Source: Phoronis australis (lineage: Eukaryota; Animalia; Phoronida). Taken from it: a stretch of DNA of 64,000 bases. Each line of letters begins with the position of its first letter. The first letter of the stretch is position 1. The notes under the pieces are model-generated. The model made no database searches and was not told where the DNA came from. It saw only the letters and a list, made by a program, of their open reading frames with translations. The stretch spans positions 310,001 to 374,000 of the forward strand of contig NMRA01000237.1 of the NCBI GenBank assembly GCA_002633005.1, given 5' to 3'. The position numbers and the translations under genes were made by a program. Positions 51,501 to 60,500 of the stretch are shown one piece after another.

Positions 51501-54500
51501 TTAGAAATTTGTCCCTTGCATGTCCAATTTTAAAGAAAAACAATATTTTTAATTTTCCAAGCCTGAAATGAAAGCTCAGTCTGTTTTAAAACATTTTTAC
51601 TCGCTAAATTTGCATGGCTTTCCGTCTGGTAGGTACAAGGACCGCAAAGCTATTGAGGAAGGTCAGCACTATGAAATTCTCCAAGATGGTGACGAAAACA
51701 CCTTGATTATACAGGAAGCATTCCCGGAAGATGCTGGCTACTACATGTGTCGTGCCATCAGTCCGTATGGAACCGCGGTCACAGAAGAGCCATTGCTGGT
51801 CTATTGTAAGTCATTGTCATGTTTCTGAGGGTGCTTTGCAAGCCAAAAGTACTCGGGCAAAATAACCCAGAATTCCCTGTCATGACGGCTGGGCAGAAGC
51901 CGAATTTGTCATCAGATCATCAGAATAGTTTTCTCTCGTGACTGAGAATAAAATGGAATAAACAGGAAATTTTGTAAGGTGTTAAGCGAATCTGTAATTA
52001 GACTTTTGCTTTGCCTTATAGTTACTATTTTGTCTGATTACTTTTGTATTGTCCTGTAATTAATGTCCCATACAGCACTTATTAGGTCAACCAAAGTTGC
52101 AAACATTTTGGAAATTAGAATTCCCACCTCAGAGTAGACACAAAATTAAGAACCCAGTTTGTAGAGAGCGTATTAAAAATTATCTTTTGTTGTGTTTTGT
52201 TCCATTTTGCAGAGGATTGTTTCAACAAACCTAACTGTCACTCAGAAAGTAATGTAATACCATATGTTTTCTGTTGATTTGTTTTCAAAGTATCCCAAGA
52301 TGTGTTTGATAAGCACTTATGGCTGCTACAAAGTTGATGCTCTTTTATTGACATTTTTGCTTCCTGTCTGTAGTTGAGCTGAATTGACTGACCTGTGTGT
52401 TTGCAAAGCCTAATTATGAATTAGTTGCAAATGTCTTTGCTAATAATAGCTGAGGGATATTGAATTATATGATACTCATTAGTACAGAAATTGCCCTGAT
52501 TTTACAGCCATTGAGAAGCCAACAGTCCCAGTGGTGAGACCAGCAATCTTTTTGGAGGATAGTGAACACCCATCAATGCCTAAGTACAAACTAGAACGTC
52601 CTCCAGAATTCACGGCCAAACTCCGGCCCAAGGTGGTCGAAGAAGGAATGAATTTCAAGTTTGCGTGTTCCGTTGGTGGAATACCAGCACCAGATGTCAA
52701 GTGGTTCAAAGATGGGCGCCTACTGACGAAAAGTGACCGCATGGTTATCAAGGTTTGTGCCTATATTAGTTCTGTCTAGGCCCAAGACCATCAGATTTTA
52801 CTTGAGACTCTACTAAGAAACTGACCAATCACAATTTGAATGGTTACTCAAAGCATGGTTACACGATTGGTCAATTTCTGAGTTATGCCATGTGTAGTTG
52901 TATTCAGTAATGAGTGATATCTTAAAATAAAACATCAGAAGTTTGATGACTAGTTCTGCATTATCATCAGTATTATGTAATCATGGTTAATTGCTGTTGT
53001 TGTCATTTTTAATGTTGTTTTTGTTGTTGTTTTTTATGCTACTAATATTCAACTATTAGTATTGTGAAATCATATCAACTTCTTTTTGCCTATCAACAAG
53101 GATTCATTGTGAATTCTGGCATGTAAAATACACCTGATCCCATTCTTCAATTTTCTTTTTTCTCTGCTTTGTTTCTCTTATTTTTTAACTAGGGTGTCGT
53201 TACCAGCTCAGCAGTGCTTTTCAGTAGTGCCTGTAATACAGGGTAACCCAAAGCATACCCTCAAATTTTTGTATAAATTCTGAATTCTCATTTTTTTGTA
53301 AATAATGATTTGAAGGTAAGATGACAAGTGTTGGAAAGATCAACTAAATAAAATTTTGTTTTTTCGAATTTCGAAATAAACGTTTTTATGTAGGGTTTGT
53401 TAAATTTTTCTTGGTTTTCTTTGGGGGCATATCCTCTTTGTTTAGACCACATTTCCTTCTTTTCAGCTTCAACACATTACAGCAAGAGACAGAACGTACA
53501 TATTTGTATTTTTAATTAAACATTCCAACTAGCTACAGTCCATGAATAAGGAAATTGCCATAGCGTGGTCAATTTGTAAGAATTCTTCCTCTATTTATAA
53601 TTACCATTCTTTAGTAAAGTTTTAAAATCTTGGTAAAGGAATGCCCCATGCAGTTTTACTCACAAATTAATGGACTCAAATTCCTCCAAGTTACAATGGA
53701 CTGCAGGGCCAAGATGGTCCATTTGTGTTGGACAAAGTCCGGTGATGATTCACTTGGTATCCTGGTTAATTCAATATCCAAGAGACCACCTTGTGGGTTA
53801 TTACTATGGAGCTGTGTTCATTGACCTGAGTCTGCCAATACCTTTTATGACTTTTGGATTCATGCTGAATACACACTTGAGTTTTATTACTTTTAAGCCT
53901 TTGAATGATTAAGGATCTCTGTGATTTAATTTAACTGTTGCCAAATGGCAAAATACCTGTGGTTTGCCAGCCAGGCTTTGTAAATTGAAAAATGTACAAC
54001 TACATAGGCTTCATTTATATCCTACTATGAAGCAATTCCTCAATTTAATATGCTTATTTGGGAATTTCGTCATGTAGTGTCAAGAAAAAACAGGTCTTCG
54101 TGTTAAGCTTTCTAATGTAGAAAGGTACTTAGCGATTTAGACAATCGACTCAAAAATGGGAGACCCATTTGTAGGGAGCTTCCAGGAAAACAAAAGTTCA
54201 CCTTTTGTAGAGTTTTGTTAAAGAAACGGCATGCTTTTAAAGTGTTAATTCTTTTAACTTAAACTGTAAGGTTTCTTGGACAGCTGATTTTTAAAGCAGT
54301 ATAAGAAAAGATGCTACGTCGTCAAAAATGAATACATCAAAAATGTGTGAAATATAGATAACCCAGTCCTTAGATTTGCGTATATGGAAAAGGGAATCTT
54401 TTAGAGTTTTAAATTCTAAGGTGAACATTTTGAAAGGAATTTTGTCTAAAGAGTAATTCTTTCATCGTAAATTTTATCTGAAACGGTCCCATGGTCATTA

Positions 54501-57500
54501 AGCAGATAAATCTTCTGAGCCTCATGTCCCATATACCTCTTCTATGGGAGTACCTGGGGTCATGTCTCTTCCCTCTATCACTTTTATGAATCCGTCAGCT
54601 GTAATGACTGGTTGTTACCAGTCAAAATCTAGGCAATAACTCATGGCCAACAATTTCTTAATTAGAAGTTATTCGACTCTGCAACAAATTTCCTGCTTTC
54701 AGACACTGTTATCAGTTTGTCCATAAATCATTCATTAAATCATCGCCTATCTTCTTGTAGCTATCATGTTCTCAAATATTTGGCAGTCTTTTTATAGATT
54801 AACCTTTGAAGATTTATTCTAACTGAAATTCTAGTTTGTTTAGTGTTTTATAGTATGCTGTGTAAACATAATTAAATCTATATCACCTGAATTATTACTA
54901 GCATCAATGATGTGTAGGGATATCACTGTAGCCAATTGATTTTGAATTACCTCAGAAGAATGAAATGTGGATGGGTCTAGTTGAGACCACTGAAGTGATA
55001 ACATCTCCCCCTCAGGCTAAATGGACATTACCCTCTCTGTGTCATCTTCTACGTTATTGACTTTGCCTGGTGGGCCTCATTACTTCATCAATTGATCCAT
55101 AAAACTTACCCAGACTTAGGAACTGATAACATTCTTCTCTTGGCCACCATGAGCACAACATTTAAACAGCGCCGTTACTCCTCTGTGGTTCCTGGGACTT
55201 GGAGTGACACTGTTTATACCAATGATCCTAACTGCGTCCCAAATTATAAATGGACCAATGGCGGACAGAGTCACGGTTCTCTGCGGAAAGCATCCATGCC
55301 GGCGATTACTACTCCAAGTTTAAGTCCGGATTCTAAATGGATACCTTTTTCCAAGTGTTCCACTAGCAAGAATGCCAATGATAATGCCATCAGCCCAAGG
55401 AACACTGGACGAAGGCTTTCTCTCCCAGCCACATCGCCATCCGACTCCACGTTGAATCCGTTCTCAAGTAGAAGAGCATCTTTTTTTAATTCAAACCTAA
55501 GTATCACAGAGGAATTCAAAGTTCAATATTTCCCCCCACCCGACACACTGTACGTGAGTTATTATTATCACGTCTTTCAGAACAACTACGGTCTCTTGTC
55601 GTTGGAAGTGGACAAGAGCCGCAAGGAAGATGCTGGAACATACTCCGTGGTCGCTACCAACTCTGAAGGCGAGGCAACCTGCAGCGCCTCTCTTGAAGTG
55701 GACGGTGAGTTGAGTTTTGATTTAAATTCTTAAATGAAATAAAAATCTGACATCAAGATATGGTCTTCCGGCTCTTCCGCGTGTGTTTGTCCTTCCATGG
55801 ACTTGTAGTTCTCCTGTGTTGCTCTTCTGTGATGGAAAAATACACCCAAAAGTTATAGGATTTTTCACGATTAAAAATATGTTTCTCATTTTATATTTGC
55901 TGCGCTATAGGCTTATTGAGTTCATCGTTTCCCCACAATGCTTGTTGGTGTAGTTTTGGACTATATCTGATATGGTCTTGGTGTTAATCTGCACTTGTAT
56001 TCAGAACAATAATATTAGAAGTGTCTAAAAAAGAAAAATAAATGTCATTTCTGTTCACAATTGATGAAGTTTTATCCAATTTGCCTCGTGTTAAAGTGGC
56101 AATAAACAAACTTTTGATTTCGAGCACTTACCACTACAAACTTGGTCTCTACTTGTTCCTTTCTCAGATGAGAAGGGATTTCTGGGTTTTCAGCAAACTT
56201 ACATTTTGTGAGATCCTGCTCTATGTAGAAATTGACAGGCCATGGCTAGCCACTAGGACTTGATCTCAAGCAATAATGAACTGCCAATTCTTTTAAGGCC
56301 CTGAACTCACCTCGATTTTGTTACTAAATGCCATCCACGCTATAACAAGTTGTCGCTAGCTTTAGTAGTAGTTTGGATGCTACCTACGCTGGAGCAACTT
56401 GACAAGCGGGTGACAACTCACCCCACCTTGTCAAAGTAGGGTAATTTATTCAAGGGTAACTTGTCGTAGCACAAGTTGTAATGTGGATACAAACCTGCAG
56501 CCAATGTGAAAGTAATTACCAGCTATGCACTTGCTCAGTTACACACAATGACACAGAGGTGTCTAATAATCATTTTTGCTCCATATTTGTCCCGTGGTGT
56601 AGGTTGTGTAGTGTGTACGTCTGGCTGAATAGGGCAAGTTGCACAGAGGTAATTTGCTGTGTGGACGCTTAAGTAGCAATATGAAACCAATTTCATAACT
56701 TTTTTGTGATGAAAAGTGGGTTTATGGCCACTTTGATAACTTGTTTCGTATTGTGAGATTACACATAGATCATGAATGAGACCAGTCTCAAACCCAGACT
56801 GTCTGCGAGATTCTAAGGCTGAGATAGTCTGGGTTCAAGACTATCATGAGACCAGTTGCTAGGGCTGCCACCTAGTTTCAAGGTACTTTTACTACTTTAG
56901 TGCACCATTTGTTGTGATACTCGTGTGTTCCGCTCCACTGTAGAGCCTGAGATACTGATGGGTCCTGAGTACTCTAAACCCAACTTTGACCAACCACTAC
57001 CCACCAACATGACAGTGGACCAGGGGAGTAGAGTTGTGCTGGAGGCTGTTGCTACGGGCAAACCTATGCCAGGCTTCAAATGGTAGGTGTCCATAGAATT
57101 GTGGTATCTCAAAGATATTCTGTTCCTTGGAATGTTTGGAAATAGGTTGCTTTTTATGCAAAAAATATATACTGGGATAACTTTTTGTCAAATAATCCTT
57201 TGTTATGCTATGTAAAATAGAAAACAATAACGAGATCATTGAAACCAGAGAGAGCATGTAATAGCACAAAACCAGACAAATTTGTTTTAAAATTTGTTTT
57301 GAACTTTGACGGGTGTTTAATATGCGATCTAAAGATCGGGAATAATATTTTTATGATTGGTCGAGCAGTTTTGTGTGGCTTATTACTATGATAATGAAAA
57401 GACTTCAAAATATTTAGTTTCAGTGTTGTCTTGTAATGTTTAGTAGGTCGTCTTTTGTCTGTGCAAAATAATACGATGCTCGACATTTTCAGTTCTTGCC

Positions 57501-60500
57501 ATTACCAATATGTTGCGAACAATATTCCGAGTATTTTTGTGTTTATGGCACTTGGGTACAGCAATTCTTCACTTTAGCACACAATATGGCCGACAGTTGA
57601 AACTCAAATTTCTTCTCAAATCTTTTCAAAAATAAAGAGTAAGAAAATTTTATTCTATTGCTAGTGTATTAGATGTCATAGGGCAACATTTCGTAAGATT
57701 TTTACTCTCTGTAGCAAAATTATCAGAATTGGAAAAGTGAAAAATTACAATTTTGGGAATTAGTTTTGTGCGAAATAAGTGAAGAATTAACGCATTCATA
57801 CGAAAGTTGATCTCCCAAATGTTTTCCTCACAGGCAAAGAGACACGATTGAACTGGGTGAAACTGATAATGTGAAATTCACCAGCGACAACAAAGGAACA
57901 GCACGTATGATCATTAAGGAAGTAAGGCTGAGAGACTCTGGCTTGTACTTCTGTATGGCTCACAGTAAGGCAGGAAGAACCAAGTGTTCTGTCAATCTAC
58001 ATGTCATTGGTAAGTTTAGGTGTTCCAAGTGTAGTGTACATTTTTGGCAATAGATGTCGCTGTGTGTTATACTAAGGACTGAGTGCTCCCATATGAGTGT
58101 TTAGAGACTCGGGAAAAAAATGAGTTGTCAGATAGAAAATTTACTAATCACTTATTTTTTAATTTAACATGATTATTTTTACTTTGCAAATATATTAACA
58201 CATTGAGCATATTTGTTTTGTTTTGTTTGGTTTTGTTCTGTTACGTATTTTTGTGTGTTTCCGTTTTTGTTTCCTTTCCTTAACATTACATTTATTGAGT
58301 TTATTCATCTTGCACTTTTTATTTGAGCTTATTTTTCTTTGTGTGTTTGGTAAAATCTCACCACTGAATTTAGGACATAATATGAGGGATAACTGAATTT
58401 ATTTTTTTCGTTCGTAGCATAAAATAAAGGTCGTATTAGTCCCAACTTGTACACCAAAGCTGACATTGAACAATGATAGGAGGCTTTGAAAAATGGGAAA
58501 AGGGCAATTTTTGGAATTATCTTTGTTCAAAATTGGTGAGATTTTGCCAGTTAACATTTCATATGTCAACATGGTGTTCCGTGAGCACTTTTCTGTTTAT
58601 CTCAACGCATTTCTGTACTGGCAGGCCCTTACACCAGTGCCAGACGACGATCGTCGTTATCGCTGGAGACATTGTCTTCAGACGGACGAATAAGTAGGTC
58701 ACGTAACATCACACCACGCCTATAGCATGTTGAGTGTTTCTTAGAAACTCTTTGACGTAGCTCTCTAATGATTGTCCAACGTTGAAGACATTCCTCAGCT
58801 CTGTTTATTTGTACAGGGGTTTAAGGTGCATGGGGTCTCTGGTGCTTCTTCCTTGGTTGTCAACAAAAAGTACTGAAATTACAAAAGTGTCCATTATCAT
58901 TCATTAGTTCTGTATACAATCTTGAACATGATTTATTTATTGTTTAAGACACTCTTCCTGTTATTTTCATTACCTAAGATCACATAAAATGTTTGTTGAA
59001 TAGACACTTAAAAAGGAGCATTTGACAAACTACAGCCCTTCGTATACTGGCATTTTTTCTGGCAATTCTTTAAAAGGTGAAGTTCAATGCTGTTCAACTG
59101 TGGCGGCCATTTTGTTGGTGCACCATCTGAAATTAAAAATGTTTTTAAAATTACACTTTTAATTCTAGTTACTTTGAAAGCATGTGATTATATTTTGAAA
59201 GACCATCATTTGGTAATAAGTTTATACTAGGTCGGTGTGTGGTCGAAATTCCTTTCATAGAGGTTTTTACCTGAAAAGAAGCGAAAACGGTATCTATGAC
59301 GTGGAAAACAGAAATATATTTCAGGCATTTGTCACTTCCGGAAGTTAACTAATGCCCCATGATAACATGCTTCATTACTTTACACACGTTGCCTCTTCAA
59401 TGATGAAGTTTTTAAATGAAAAATATGTAACATATAAATTTTTAATATTACCCTGTAGGGATGTCTTCACACATGTAATGCACATGACTGTGTAGTTGTT
59501 GTTCTCTTTGGAACATAACCACTATCCCCTTCTGTGACTGGAATGCTTTCAGTCTCTGAACCTCTGTGTCCTTCTGTAGCTTTTTTAGAGGTTAATGGCT
59601 GTAAGTTTCACAGCGCGTCTGTTTAAGTTTTGTAAAAACTTGGGTGACTGCTGGACATAGCTGACTTTTGTGACTCTTTTCTTTGCTCTGACCTTATTTT
59701 GTATCCTGCATGACTATTCCTTAATGTAATGTGTTGCAGCTGAGTGGCAGGAGATTTTTTGTGATATTCAAATACTAGATGAAAAACTGATTTTTTGATT
59801 TTATGATAATTCTTTGGCTATTTAGTACAGGTAAGAGGGATAAGCCTTCCTGTTGGTCAAGTGACCCCTCAGGGACTTAAATCTCTGGGTTAATTTAAAA
59901 AATGTCAACTGATCTGCATTTGGGTTGTGCTAGAAAATGAATGCAATGCGTTTTATTTCTTTTGCAAGGCAAAGCAAGTTGCAGTTGCCGACACAATTTT
60001 AACGTTCCAATTGGCCTTGATGGACTTTTACTTCGTTTAATTTCTCAACAACTGTCAATAGTAAAAAGTGATACAATAGCTCTCTACTCGTTTTGCACAA
60101 GAATAATTGCCAAAATTGTCATTTTTCTATTTTGCAAAAGACATGTTAAACGTTGTTTTATGGTGTCTGCACTGTAGGAACCAAGCTTAAAGAATTCTAA
60201 ATCTTTATTTTTGAGAAAATAATTCTTTCATTTGCCATTTTGGTTAAAAATTTCCACAGTTTATTATCCATGCGGTATGTAGTGAGCCATTGTTGCCATG
60301 TGCTATATCCTAAATGTCTGTGAACATGGCAGTTTTTGTTATTTTTAATCTTCGTAACTCTGGTAGGCATTCAAACTGCTCACAGAGCGTGTGTTATGTG
60401 TTGAGTTATTTTGTGTGTATGCACTCATTTTGGATAGTGCGGACTTTAAGCACAGCTGCACTCAAGTTAGTTTGCACATTTAAAAATTAGGGTGAAAATG

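Noticed and set aside
59740-59836. Acceptor/donor pair (tgcag ... CAG|gtaag) as an extra exon
   Set aside because: 91 nt with an in-frame stop in phase 1 and intron-like composition.
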